A stretch of DNA of 64,000 nucleotides from Arenimonas sp. (GTDB taxonomy: Bacteria; Pseudomonadota; Gammaproteobacteria; Xanthomonadales; Xanthomonadaceae): assembly GCF_041919775.1 (NCBI RefSeq), contig NZ_JAYRTE010000006.1, positions 13,862 through 77,861 on the forward strand, read 5' to 3'. The notes beneath the pieces were generated by a model. That model was not told the origin of the DNA. It did not search any database and worked only from the letters and a program-made list of their open reading frames with translations. The position numbers and the translations under genes are program-made. This document shows, piece after piece, positions 30,056 through 40,137 of this stretch (positions are counted from its first letter, which is position 1; each line of letters begins with the position of its first letter).

Positions 30056-30745
30056 ATGTCCCTCAACGGAAAAACCATCGCCGTCACCGGCGCCTTCGGC
30101 AGCCTCGGTACCGCGGTCGTGAAGGCGCTGATCGGGCAGGGCGCCACGGTGGCCGCGATCGATCTGGCGCAAGCGCCGCGCGAGCCCGGCAGCCTGGGCG
30201 ACGCCCATCTCTACGGCGGTATCGACCTGGCCGATGCCGCGGCGACGCAGGCGGCCTTCGACGCGATTGCCAAGGCCCACGGCGGCCTGCACGGCCTGGT
30301 CAACATCGCCGGCGGCTTCGCCTGGGAGAAGGTACAGGGCGGGGCCCTCGACACCTGGGACCGCATGTACCAGATGAACGTGCGCACGGCCGTCGCCGCC
30401 AGCCAGGCGGCGCTGGCGCATCTGCCGGACGGCGGCCGCATCGTCAACATCGGCGCCAACGGCGCGGTGAAGGCCGGCGCCGGCATGGGCGCCTATGCGG
30501 CGTCGAAGGCCGGCGTGATGCGCTTCACCGAAGCGCTGGCCGAAGAGCTCAAGGGCCGCGGCATCACCGTCAATGCCCTGCTGCCCAGCATCATCGACAC
30601 GCCGGCCAACCGCGCCGACATGCCCGACGCCGATTTCAGCGCCTGGGTGCAGCCGGCGCAGCTGGCCGACGCCATCGTCTTCCTGCTGTCGGACAAGGCC
30701 AGCGCGATCACCGGCGCGCTGCTGCCGGTGACCGGCCGGGTCTGA
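30056..30745 (+). CDS. SDR-family oxidoreductase
   Basis: VTGAFGSLGTAV, NIAGG and YAASKAG motifs. AGGAG RBS 7 nt upstream of the ATG at 30056. Confidence 0.85.
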   Translation: MSLNGKTIAVTGAFGSLGTAVVKALIGQGATVAAIDLAQAPREPGSLGDAHLYGGIDLADAAATQAAFDAIAKAHGGLHGLVNIAGGFAWEKVQGGALDTWDRMYQMNVRTAVAASQAALAHLPDGGRIVNIGANGAVKAGAGMGAYAASKAGVMRFTEALAEELKGRGITVNALLPSIIDTPANRADMPDADFSAWVQPAQLADAIVFLLSDKASAITGALLPVTGRV

Positions 30746-31408
30746 TCAGTCCGCGAGTGGCTGGAACAGCCACTGCGCGTCCTCGGGCACGCCTTCGGAC
30801 ACCGTGACGCGGATGGACTTGGGGTATTGCTTCCCTGAAGGTCCCGCGCGCAGCTCGGTCACCTCGTTGCGCATCAGGTTCCAGTCCGGCTTGAACTGCG
30901 CCGCGTAAACCGTGGTCTGCTCGAAGTTGTCGTCGCCTTCGCCGGTGTACATGCCCATCTTGCATTCGGCTTCCAGCGTCGCCGCCTGCGAGACGTTGAC
31001 GTACTGGTACCAGCTGCCCTTCGTGGCGCTGCCCTGGCCATGGCTGGCCTGCCAGGCCAGCATCTCCGGCGAGCTGACCAGATGCAGGCTGCCCAGCTCT
31101 TCCATCGCGTAGTCGTCGGCCGCCACGAACAGCGAGGTCGGCGTGAACGAGGCGAAGCGCTCGCTCACTATCGGTTCGCCGCTTTCAAGACAGGACGGGA
31201 AGGTGGTGCCCAGGGTCTGCTCGGTGCTTTGCACGGCCGGCAGGCTCAGTTCGACGGTGCCGTCCGCGGCCACCGTGCCGATGCGCAGCGGGCCCGCCGG
31301 GTCGTAGCTGAAGATGTAGGCCTCGCCCTTGTCCCAGCCGGCGATGCGGTCGGCGGCGAAGGCGGGCTGCAGGGCAACGAGGGCGAGTACGAGCAGGGCC
31401 TTGCGCAT
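30746..31408 (-). CDS. hypothetical secreted protein
   Basis: MRKALLVLALVALQPAFAADR signal peptide. No family recognised. Confidence 0.55.
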   Translation of the reverse strand: MRKALLVLALVALQPAFAADRIAGWDKGEAYIFSYDPAGPLRIGTVAADGTVELSLPAVQSTEQTLGTTFPSCLESGEPIVSERFASFTPTSLFVAADDYAMEELGSLHLVSSPEMLAWQASHGQGSATKGSWYQYVNVSQAATLEAECKMGMYTGEGDDNFEQTTVYAAQFKPDWNLMRNEVTELRAGPSGKQYPKSIRVTVSEGVPEDAQWLFQPLAD

Positions 31409-31496
31409 GGCGGCATTCCTGGGCGATTGCGACCGTGAGTCGGCCAATACCCCTGCTACGCAAACCGGGCGCGCTCTCCGCCACCGGCGTGCCCGT

Positions 31497-31997
31497 TCAT
31501 CCCGCGCTGGCGTCCGGAATCACGCCCTCGGGCCAGCAGGGCTGTTCGCCGCTGCCGGCCAGCGGGTAGTCGCAGCCGGCCAGGCCGGGCCTGCCTTCGC
31601 CATCGATGCGTACCCAGGCGGCCTGGCGGAACTGCCGGGCCAAGTGGTCGAGCACGGCGTCGTCGCCGCCCAGCACCAGGAAGCCGGGCTCGTTCCAGCT
31701 GCCGTCCTCGCTGCCGCCGTCCGAGGCCACGCGGACCAGGCCGAGTTCATCGATCGCCGCGCGCAGCGCCTCGTTCGCCGCTGCGTTCCGCGCGGATGAC
31801 TGTTCTTGGCCGAAGGGGTTCTCGCCGGTGACCAGGCCGCCGTGGCGGGCGCCGTGCTTCGCCATCAGCGCCGTCATGGCCGGGTTTGGCTCGCCGATGC
31901 GCAGGGCGATCACCTCGCCGTCAGCGTGCACGCGGTAAACCGCTTCGGCAAAGGCCTGCATCATCGCGGCCGGCGGTGGGTGGCGTGGCGTGTCCAT
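31497..31997 (-). CDS. DUF3293-like hypothetical protein
   Basis: Pattern resembles DUF3293 as recalled (GENPFGQ...N..A...L...I....GSWNEPGFLVLG). Unverified. Confidence 0.5.
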   Translation of the reverse strand: MDTPRHPPPAAMMQAFAEAVYRVHADGEVIALRIGEPNPAMTALMAKHGARHGGLVTGENPFGQEQSSARNAAANEALRAAIDELGLVRVASDGGSEDGSWNEPGFLVLGGDDAVLDHLARQFRQAAWVRIDGEGRPGLAGCDYPLAGSGEQPCWPEGVIPDASAG

Positions 31998-32072
31998 GCT
32001 GGCGATTCTAGCCCTGTCGCTGGCGGGCGGACTTTGCCTATGCTGGTTCCCTCACCGGCCCGGACGAACACG

Positions 32073-34445
32073 ATGGCTTCCCCCGACACGCTGCGCGCCG
32101 CCCTGCTAAGGACAACGCTGCGGCTGCTGGTGAAGCCGGTGCTCAATCCGCGCTTCTCTCCGGCCTTCCAGCGGCGGTGGATGGGCGCCCTGTCGGGCAT
32201 CGGGCGACTGCCGCACGGACTGCGAAATACGCCGGGCACGCTGGGCGGCGTGCGCTGCGATACCTGGCTCGACCCGCGCGCCACCGCGGTGCGCGAGGGT
32301 GCCGTGCTGTTCCTGCACGGCGGCGGTTACACCACCGGCTCGCCGCGCACCCACCGCTGCCTGGCGGCGTGGCTGGCGCGGGCCAGCGGCGTGCCGGTGC
32401 ATGTGCTCGATTACCGGCTGGCGCCCGAACATCCGTTCCCGGCCGCGCTCGACGACGCGCTGGCGGCCTACGACGAACTCGCCGCGCGCGGGCCGGTGGT
32501 TCTGGCCGGCGATTCGGCCGGCGGCGGCCTGGCGCTGGCGCTGGCCCTGAAGGTCCGCGACACCGGCCGCCCGGTACCGGCGGCGCTCGCGCTGATCGCA
32601 CCGCTGGTGGACCTGCGCCCGGATTCGCCCCTGCAGCCCGTGCCCGGCGAAGCCCTGCTCAGCCCGGCCTGGGCGCAAGCGAATGCACGCAACTATGCCG
32701 GCGACGACACCACCAACCCGCTGGTCTCGCCGCTGTTGGCCGACCTGCGCGGCCTGCCGCCGACGCTGGTGCAGTTCGGCAGCGACGACCTCCTGGCGCC
32801 GCAGGCCGAAGCCTTGCTCGAAGCGTTGGCGTCCGCCGGCGTCGACGCCCGCCGCGATTTCACGCCCGGCCGCTGGCATGTCTTCCAGCTGCACGCCGGC
32901 CAGCTGCCGTCGGCGGATGCAGCGGTGGCGCGGCTGGCGCAGTTCGTCGCCGCGCGGCTCGACGCCTTGCCGGCGCGTGACACGCCGCGTCGCCACCACA
33001 CGGTCATCCTGGGCGCGGGCATGTCGGGCCTGTGCGCCGCGATCAACCTGCAGAACGAAGGCCTGCACGACTTCGTGATGCTCGAGCAGGGCGACGGCAT
33101 TGGCGGCACCTGGTGGGACAACCGCTACCCGGGCGCGCAGGTGGACGTTCCGGCGCCGGCGTATGCATTTTCGTTCGCGCCCAATCCGGACTGGCGCCAG
33201 CGATTCGCCGACGCCCCCGAGATCCAGGCCTACCAGCAGGCGCTGGCGGAAAAACACGGCCTGTCGGCGCGGCTGCGCCTGGGCACGCGCCTGGTGGAAG
33301 CGCGGTTCGACGAATCCAGCGCAAGCTGGCACTTTCGCACCGAACGCGGCGAGCGCTTCGAGTCGCGGTATTTCATCTGCAGCACCGGACCGCTGAGCCA
33401 GCCGCGCTGGCCCGACATCCCGGGCCTGGACGACTTCCGCGGCGATCGCCTGCACAGCGCGCGCTGGGACCATGGCGTGCCGCTGCAGGGAAAACGCGTC
33501 GGTGTGATCGGCACCGGTTCGACCGCCGTGCAGCTGATCCCGCCGGTGGCGGCGCAGGCGGCGCGAATGCACGTATTCCAGCGCACCGCGAACTGGGTGC
33601 TGCCGCGCATGGAGCGGCGCTACCGCTGGTTCGACCGCGGGCTGGCGCGGCTGCCGCCGGTGGCGGCCGGCGTGCGGCGCTTCTGGGTGGCCGTGCTGGA
33701 ACTGGGCCGGCGCGGATTCGATGAGGGCAGCCGCATGCGCCGGATCATGCTGTGGCAGGCGCGACGGCACCTGCAGGCGCAGGTGCCCGACCCGGCACTG
33801 CGCGCCGCGCTCACGCCCGACTACCCGTTGGGCTGCAAGCGCATCATCTATGCCAACGACTACTATCCCGCCTTCGCCCAGGGCAAGGCGGGGCTGGTGA
33901 CCGCGGGCATCGAGCGCATCACGCACACGGGCATCCGCTGCACGGACGGCAGCGAACGGGAGCTCGACGTGCTGGTCTGCGCCACCGGCTTCGAAACCGT
34001 GCACCTGCTGCAGTCCCTGCGCATCACCGGGCGCGGCGGCCAGACGCTGGAGCAGGCCTGGCGAGACGGGCCCGAGGCCTGGCACGGCGTCAGCGTCGCC
34101 GGCTTCCCGAACCTGTTCCTGATGCTGGGCCCGAACACCGCCACCGGCCACACCTCGACCCTGCTCTACATCGAACCGGCGGTGCGCCACGCCATCGCCT
34201 GCATGCGCGCGGTCGAGGCCGGAGGCCACCGCGCCATCGAGGTGCGCGGGGACGTGATGCGAGCCTACAACGCAGGCCTGCAGCAGCGCCTGTCGGGCTC
34301 GGTCTGGACCCAGTGCCGCAGCTGGTACCGGATGGAGGGTGGCAAGGTGGTGGCGATTTTCCCGGGCTTCACGGCCGAATACGCCCGGGGTATCGGCGGC
34401 CCGGTCAGCGCGGCCTACACGCTGCTCGGGGGCCCTGGCGGCTAG
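32073..34445 (+). CDS. fusion protein: family IV (HSL-type) alpha/beta esterase + type I Baeyer-Villiger flavin monooxygenase
   Basis: N-terminal half has LHGGGY oxyanion motif, GDSAGG nucleophile elbow, GSDDLL and WHVFQ. C-terminal half has ILGAGMSGL, the BVMO fingerprint FRGDRLHSARWD, and GVIGTGSTAVQ. One uninterrupted frame. Confidence 0.85.
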   Translation: MASPDTLRAALLRTTLRLLVKPVLNPRFSPAFQRRWMGALSGIGRLPHGLRNTPGTLGGVRCDTWLDPRATAVREGAVLFLHGGGYTTGSPRTHRCLAAWLARASGVPVHVLDYRLAPEHPFPAALDDALAAYDELAARGPVVLAGDSAGGGLALALALKVRDTGRPVPAALALIAPLVDLRPDSPLQPVPGEALLSPAWAQANARNYAGDDTTNPLVSPLLADLRGLPPTLVQFGSDDLLAPQAEALLEALASAGVDARRDFTPGRWHVFQLHAGQLPSADAAVARLAQFVAARLDALPARDTPRRHHTVILGAGMSGLCAAINLQNEGLHDFVMLEQGDGIGGTWWDNRYPGAQVDVPAPAYAFSFAPNPDWRQRFADAPEIQAYQQALAEKHGLSARLRLGTRLVEARFDESSASWHFRTERGERFESRYFICSTGPLSQPRWPDIPGLDDFRGDRLHSARWDHGVPLQGKRVGVIGTGSTAVQLIPPVAAQAARMHVFQRTANWVLPRMERRYRWFDRGLARLPPVAAGVRRFWVAVLELGRRGFDEGSRMRRIMLWQARRHLQAQVPDPALRAALTPDYPLGCKRIIYANDYYPAFAQGKAGLVTAGIERITHTGIRCTDGSERELDVLVCATGFETVHLLQSLRITGRGGQTLEQAWRDGPEAWHGVSVAGFPNLFLMLGPNTATGHTSTLLYIEPAVRHAIACMRAVEAGGHRAIEVRGDVMRAYNAGLQQRLSGSVWTQCRSWYRMEGGKVVAIFPGFTAEYARGIGGPVSAAYTLLGGPGG

Positions 34446-35628
34446 CGCGGGAAAGCGCGTCGGCCACGCGCGTCATGTCGCCGGTGGCCACGTGCAGGTG
34501 CGGCGCGATGCGCAGGCGTCCATGGCGGCAGGTGCAGCTGATGCCGGCCTCGCGCAGCGCGGCGTCCGCTGCGGCCAGGAGGTCGTCGGGGGGCGTCAGC
34601 GCCATCAGGTGCGGCGCATGGCCACGGCTTGTCCAAGCCGACAGGCCCGCGGCATCGAGGGCATCGTGAAGCGCGTCGGTGCGTTCGCCCAGCGCGGCGG
34701 CGATCTTCGCCGGCTCCCAGGCGAGCACCTGCGCCAGGCCGGCAATGGCAAGGGCCAGCCGCACCGGATCGTCCAGGCCACCGGCATCGAAGCGGCGTGC
34801 GCCGGCGGCGAAGGACGCGGCGGCATCCACGCCGAAACGCCAGTCCGGCCCGCCGTCGCGGGCGAGCCAGTGGTGTTCGATGGGCCGTCCGTGTTCGCGC
34901 CAGCGCGGCGCTACCCACAGGCAGGCCAGGCCGCGTGCACCCAGCAGCCATTTGTAGCCCACCGAGACGATGAAGTCGGGTTGCCAGCGTCCGACATCGG
35001 GCGGGACGACGCCCAGGCTCTGGCTGAGGTCGAGAACGAGCGCGATGCCACGCTCGCGCAGCGCCGCGCTGATGCGGTCGAGGTCGAGCACGGCGCCGTC
35101 GTCCCAGCGGACCTGCGGCAGGGCGGCGATGCGCAGGCGCGGGTCGGCGGCGATCGCGGCGAGCACCGCGTCGGTCCAGTCCTGGCCGGGCTCGCGGAAC
35201 ACGCCGCGCAGCCGCGCACCGGTGTCGGCACAGCGTTGCTGCCAGCACAGCAGGTTGGACGGGAACTGGCCGTCGAGCACCAGCACGCTGTCGCCGGGCG
35301 CCAGCGCGAGACTGTTGGCGGCCGCCGCAAGCCCGAACGCCGCGGACGGCACCAGCGCGATGGCTTCCGCATCACCATCGAACAGGCGCGAGAGCAGCGC
35401 GCGCAGGATGTCGCGCTGCTCCTGTGGTGTCGGTGAGACCCGTTGCCAGGGCCGGGCCGCGGCGTCCATCGCCGCCATCGCGGCCGCGTGCGCGCTGCGA
35501 AGGCGCGGTCCCTGGGCCGCGCAGTCCAGGTAGAGCGCATCCCCTTCCAGCACGAACGCGTCCGGCGCCTGGTCCATCGGCACGGTGACCGGATCGGGCA
35601 AACGCAGCGTCGGCAGGGCGCGTGGCAT
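34405..35628 (-). CDS. class V aminotransferase-fold PLP enzyme (cysteine desulfurase / C-S lyase-like)
   Basis: YLDCAAQGP N-terminal motif and SVGYKWLLG (PLP-Lys region) typical of the Aminotran_5 fold. Divergent from egtB. Start set at MPRALPT. Confidence 0.75.
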   Translation of the reverse strand: MPRALPTLRLPDPVTVPMDQAPDAFVLEGDALYLDCAAQGPRLRSAHAAAMAAMDAAARPWQRVSPTPQEQRDILRALLSRLFDGDAEAIALVPSAAFGLAAAANSLALAPGDSVLVLDGQFPSNLLCWQQRCADTGARLRGVFREPGQDWTDAVLAAIAADPRLRIAALPQVRWDDGAVLDLDRISAALRERGIALVLDLSQSLGVVPPDVGRWQPDFIVSVGYKWLLGARGLACLWVAPRWREHGRPIEHHWLARDGGPDWRFGVDAAASFAAGARRFDAGGLDDPVRLALAIAGLAQVLAWEPAKIAAALGERTDALHDALDAAGLSAWTSRGHAPHLMALTPPDDLLAAADAALREAGISCTCRHGRLRIAPHLHVATGDMTRVADALSRASRQGPRAACRPR

Positions 35629-35723
35629 GGCGACTACTTTACGGCAGCGTGTCGTCCCGGGCCCGCCGGCCGCACCCGCCAGGATCATGCATCGTTCACG
35701 CGGCGGCGCTATCCTCGGAAGCA

Positions 35724-37019
35724 ATGCGAGTTCCTACGTCCCAGACCGCAGGAAACCGGGAGCCCCCACCCGAGATGCAAGCGCTGGCCACGCGCTACCG
35801 TGAGGTACGCGCGTGTTCGCTGGCGCTCGCGGCGCCGCTGTCGGCCGAGGACGCGATGCTGCAGTCGATGCCCGACGCCAGCCCCGCGAAGTGGCACCTC
35901 GCGCACACGACCTGGTTCTTCGAGAAGTTCGTGCTGGGGGCGGATGCGGGTTACGAGCCGGTCGAGCCGCGCTGGGATCTGCTGTTCAACAGCTACTACA
36001 ACAGCGTCGGTCCCTTCCATGTGCGGGCGCAGCGCGGCCTGCTGTCGCGGCCGACGCTGGCCGAAGTGCTGGACTACCGGCGCGTGGTGGATGCGCGCCT
36101 GCTGGACAAGCTCCTGGCCGGCGCCTTCGACGACAGGACGCTGCGGGTGCTCGAGCTCGGCACCCACCACGAACAGCAGCACCAGGAACTTCTGCTCACC
36201 GACATCAAGCACGCGTTCTGGCGCAATCCACTGGGCCCGGCCTATCGCAATGACCTGGCCCTGGTGCACGGCGAGCCGCGGGTGGTGCACTGGAACGGCC
36301 ACGAGGCGCAGCCGGTCGAGATGGGCGCGGCCGCCTGGCCCGGTGCCGGCGACTTCGCCTACGACAACGAATCGCCGCGCCATCGCGTGCTGCTGCCGGC
36401 GCATGCGCTGGCCAGCCGGCCGGTTTCCAACGCCGAGTTCCTGGAATTTGTTGCCGAGGGCGGCTACGAGGATCCTGCCCTCTGGCTCAGCGACGGCTGG
36501 GACCGCGTGCAGGCGGAAGGATGGCAGCGCCCGCTGTACTGGCACGAGGATGGTGCCCGCGAGTTCACCCTGGCCGGCTGGCGCGAACGCGATCCGCATG
36601 CGCCGGTCTGCCACCTGAGCCTTTACGAAGCCGACGCCTTCGCGCGCTGGGCCGGCGCCCGGCTGCCTACCGAGGCCGAATGGGAGCATGCCGCAGGCGG
36701 GCAGCAAACGTCGGGAAACCTTCTCGACGCCGACGCCCTGCATCCGCAGGCATGTTCCGGCGACGGGCCCGGCCCGCACCAGCTTTTCGGCGATGTCTGG
36801 GAGTGGACGGCTTCGGCCTACACCGCCTACCCCGGCTTCAGGCCGCTGCCGGGCTCGCTGGGCGAGTACAACGGCAAGTTCATGAGTGGCCAGGTGATCC
36901 TGCGCGGCGGTAGCTGCGCAACGCCCGCGAGCCACATCCGCGCCAGCTACCGGAACTTCTTCCCGCCCCATGCCCGCTGGCAGTTCTCCGGACTGCGCCT
37001 GGCCAAGGACCTGCCATGA
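35724..37019 (+). CDS. egtB: ergothioneine biosynthesis sulfoxide synthase EgtB
   Basis: DinB-like N-domain (KWHLAHTTWFFEKF, HHEQQHQELL) plus FGE-sulfatase domain (GDVWEWT, RGGSCATP). The start may instead be 35775. Confidence 0.85.
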   Translation: MRVPTSQTAGNREPPPEMQALATRYREVRACSLALAAPLSAEDAMLQSMPDASPAKWHLAHTTWFFEKFVLGADAGYEPVEPRWDLLFNSYYNSVGPFHVRAQRGLLSRPTLAEVLDYRRVVDARLLDKLLAGAFDDRTLRVLELGTHHEQQHQELLLTDIKHAFWRNPLGPAYRNDLALVHGEPRVVHWNGHEAQPVEMGAAAWPGAGDFAYDNESPRHRVLLPAHALASRPVSNAEFLEFVAEGGYEDPALWLSDGWDRVQAEGWQRPLYWHEDGAREFTLAGWRERDPHAPVCHLSLYEADAFARWAGARLPTEAEWEHAAGGQQTSGNLLDADALHPQACSGDGPGPHQLFGDVWEWTASAYTAYPGFRPLPGSLGEYNGKFMSGQVILRGGSCATPASHIRASYRNFFPPHARWQFSGLRLAKDLP

Positions 37020-37990
37020 CCGCCGCCTCCCCCGAAACGGTTGAACTGACCGGCCTGCAGCCCAGCCGCGACGACCTGCTCGGCGACGTGCTCAAGGGCC
37101 TGGCCGCGTCGCCAAAGCGGCTGCCGTCGAAATATTTCTACGACCGGCGCGGGTCGGAGCTGTTCGAGGAAATCACCCGGCAGCCTGAGTACTACCTGAC
37201 GCGCGTCGAGCTGGCCTTGATCGGGCAGTGCGCCGCGCAGGTGGCGGCCGCCGTCGGTCCGCGGGCGCACGTCGTCGAATACGGCAGCGGCAGCGGTCGC
37301 AAGACCCGGCTGCTGCTCGATGCACTGGAGGATCCGGTGGCCTACACGCCGGTGGAAATCTCCCGCAGCGCGCTGGTCGGCAGCGTGCAGCGCTTGGACC
37401 AGGAGTTCGGGCCGGTGCAGATGCTGCCGGTGCTGGGCGACTTCACCCAACGCATTCCGCTTCCGGAACCCGAGCGGCAGGCGCGGCGGGTGCTGGTGTT
37501 CTTCCCCGGCTCGACCCTGGGCAACCTCACCGACGCCGAATCCGTGCGCCTGCTCTCGGCGATGCGCGAAACCATGGGTGCGGAGGGCGCCGCGCTGATC
37601 GGCATCGACCTGCAGAAATCGCCGGCGCTGATCGAAGCCGCCTACAACGACGCCGCCGGCGTCACCGCCGCTTTCACGCTTAATCTCCTGGCACGCCTCA
37701 ACCGTGAACTCGGCGCCGATTTCGACCTCGATGCCTTCCGCCACCGGGCCGTGTACGTGCCCGAAGCCGGCCGCATCGAAACCTTCATCGACAGCCAGCG
37801 CGCGCAGAACGTCACCGTGCAGGGCAGGGCGTTCGGATTCGCCGCCGGTGAAGCCATGCAGGTCGAATACAGCCACAAGTACACCGATGAAGGCTTCGCC
37901 GCGCTGGCGGCCCGCGCCGGTCTTCGCGTGGTGCACGGCTGGAACGATCCCAGGGACTGGTTCGGGCTGCGGCTGCTGCAGCCGGCCTGA
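37016..37990 (+). CDS. egtD: L-histidine N-alpha-methyltransferase
   Basis: KYFYDRRGSELFEEITRQPEYYLTRVE and VEYGSGSGRKT motifs. ATGA overlap with egtB. Confidence 0.9.
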   Translation: MTAASPETVELTGLQPSRDDLLGDVLKGLAASPKRLPSKYFYDRRGSELFEEITRQPEYYLTRVELALIGQCAAQVAAAVGPRAHVVEYGSGSGRKTRLLLDALEDPVAYTPVEISRSALVGSVQRLDQEFGPVQMLPVLGDFTQRIPLPEPERQARRVLVFFPGSTLGNLTDAESVRLLSAMRETMGAEGAALIGIDLQKSPALIEAAYNDAAGVTAAFTLNLLARLNRELGADFDLDAFRHRAVYVPEAGRIETFIDSQRAQNVTVQGRAFGFAAGEAMQVEYSHKYTDEGFAALAARAGLRVVHGWNDPRDWFGLRLLQPA

Positions 37991-38113
37991 GCAGCACGCG
38001 GCTGCGTGCCTGGCCAGCTGCCGCTCAGGTAGCTGCGCTGTTCCTGAAGACGCGCCCTCGCCCCGGCGATGCGCTCATCCGCGAGTCATGCCGGCGCTGG
38101 GAGTATCCCGGCC

Positions 38114-38962
38114 ATGCTCAATCCTGACACCAAGAACGAGCTCGCCGCGGAAAACTCCCTGCACCCGGATCCCGACGCAGGTAGCGGCGACTGGCACATC
38201 CTCTCCCGACCGGGGCCGGTGCTGGCGACGGCGATCCATGACGGCCACGGCATCCGGCCTTCGTTGCTTCCCTATCTCGCGATCAGCGACGCCGATCGCC
38301 GTCGCGAAGAGGATCCGCTGACCGGCGTGCTGTGCACGGTGGGCGATACCGCGGTGCAGGTGCGCAGCTCGCGGTTCGCCTACGACCTCAACCGGCCGCG
38401 CGCGAAGGCCATTTCCACGGACCCGGCGGATACCTGGGGCCTGAAGATCTGGCGCGACGACCTGCCGGCGTCCGAAGTCGACGCCTCGCTCGCGCGCTAC
38501 GACCGCTTCTACCAGGACATCACCCGCCTGATCGAACAGCGCCTCGAGCGCTGGGGCTCGCTGCTCCTGCTGGACATCCACAGCTACAACCACCGCCGCG
38601 ACGGTGCCGGCGCACCTGCGGCCGACGCCGCCGGCAACCCGGACATCGACCTCGGCGTGACCACGCTCGACCCGGCCCGCTGGGGCGACATGGTCGCGGA
38701 CTTCACCGCGGTGCTGTCGCGCAGCCAGGCCGGCAATCCCGCCCCGGACGTGCGCCGCAATATCCGCTACCCCACCGGCGGCCACTTCCCCGAGTGGGTG
38801 TATGCGCGCTACGGCAGCGACGTGTGCACGATTTCACTCGAGTACAAGAAGATCTTCATGGACGAGTGGACGTCCCAGGCCGACCTGGCGGAGCTCGAGG
38901 GGCTGCGCACCGGTCTCGAGCGCGCGGTGGCCGCGATTCGGGGACGCTGGGGGCGCGTCTGA
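38114..38962 (+). CDS. N-formylglutamate amidohydrolase (FGase) family protein
   Basis: ATAIHDGH, LNRP, LLLDIHSYNHRR and ISLEYKK pattern typical of the FGase family. Confidence 0.75.
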   Translation: MLNPDTKNELAAENSLHPDPDAGSGDWHILSRPGPVLATAIHDGHGIRPSLLPYLAISDADRRREEDPLTGVLCTVGDTAVQVRSSRFAYDLNRPRAKAISTDPADTWGLKIWRDDLPASEVDASLARYDRFYQDITRLIEQRLERWGSLLLLDIHSYNHRRDGAGAPAADAAGNPDIDLGVTTLDPARWGDMVADFTAVLSRSQAGNPAPDVRRNIRYPTGGHFPEWVYARYGSDVCTISLEYKKIFMDEWTSQADLAELEGLRTGLERAVAAIRGRWGRV

Positions 38963-40137
38963 TGGAACCTCGGGAACTGCCGCCCGTCGCGGCGGGCGTC
39001 GACCGCGAGCTTGCCCGCCTGGACGCGGAGATCGACTGGCTGCTGGCGCTTTCGCCGATCCAGAACGACGTGCTCTGGAGCGGCTTCCGTGACAGCGGCT
39101 TCCGGCACATCGGTCCGCTGCGTTACGCCCCGGTGGCCATCGACCTGCATGCCACGCGCGAGGAGCTGCTGGACCTGCCGGTGGAAGACATCGAATCGCC
39201 GGTGCTGTCGGCGCTGCTGTCCGAAAAGCAGCGCGAGCTCGACCGCCAGATCGAACTTGTCCGCCTGCGCGGCACCGAGGGCTTCCTGGAGGCCAGCATC
39301 GACCTCTTCGGCGGCGTCGAACCGCGCCTGCTCGACCTCGCCCAGCGGATCCTGGACACCGTCGACGGCGGCCACGCACTGCCGGACGACGCCGGCATCG
39401 ACGACGTGCTGGCCGCCACCGAGGCGGAAATCGCCTGGTACCGCGAACACTGCGAGGGTTTCGCGATCCGGGTCGAGATCGACGACGACCTCAACTCGTC
39501 GATGATGGTTTCCCACGGCACCTTCTACATCGACGGCGAGGTGCGGCTGCCCCGCGCGCGCATCCAGCCGCTGATACAGCACGAGATCGGCACCCACATC
39601 CTGACCCGCCACAACGGCCACAAGCAGCCGCTCAAACAGCTCGAAGTCGGGCTGGCCCACTACGACCCTTTGCAGGAAGGCCTGGGCGTACTCGGCGAGT
39701 ACCTGGCCGGATTCCTGCCCGGCGAACGCCTGCGCACGCTGGCCGCGCGCGTGGTCGCGGTGGACTTGGCGATCAACGGCGCCGACGTGCCGGCCATCTT
39801 TGGGCACCTGCACGAGGACCACGGCTTCGACGAGGACGAAGCCTTCGACACCGCCGTCCGGGCCCTGCGCGGCGGCGGGCTGACCAAGGACGCGGTCTAC
39901 CTGGCCGGCCTTCGCGACCTGGTCGAATACCTGCACAAGGACGGCGATTTCAAGCGCCTGTTCGTCGGCAAGTTCGCCCTGGCCCAATGCCGCAGCCTCG
40001 ACAAGCTGGCGGACGAGGGCTGGCTGCATGCGCCCGAGCTGATGCCGCGCTACCTGTCCGACCCCGCCGCGGTGCAGCGCCTGCAGGCCTGCCGGAACAC
40101 CCCGGTCGAAGAACTCTTCCACAAGGAGCCGTGCTGA
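38962..40137 (+). CDS. DUF1704 / 'QEGLA-motif' protein (MATCAP-like putative zinc metallocarboxypeptidase)
   Basis: HEIGTH (HExxH) followed by PLQEGLGVLGEY (QEGLA-type motif). The ATG shares one base with the upstream stop (TGATG). Confidence 0.8.
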   Translation: MEPRELPPVAAGVDRELARLDAEIDWLLALSPIQNDVLWSGFRDSGFRHIGPLRYAPVAIDLHATREELLDLPVEDIESPVLSALLSEKQRELDRQIELVRLRGTEGFLEASIDLFGGVEPRLLDLAQRILDTVDGGHALPDDAGIDDVLAATEAEIAWYREHCEGFAIRVEIDDDLNSSMMVSHGTFYIDGEVRLPRARIQPLIQHEIGTHILTRHNGHKQPLKQLEVGLAHYDPLQEGLGVLGEYLAGFLPGERLRTLAARVVAVDLAINGADVPAIFGHLHEDHGFDEDEAFDTAVRALRGGGLTKDAVYLAGLRDLVEYLHKDGDFKRLFVGKFALAQCRSLDKLADEGWLHAPELMPRYLSDPAAVQRLQACRNTPVEELFHKEPC

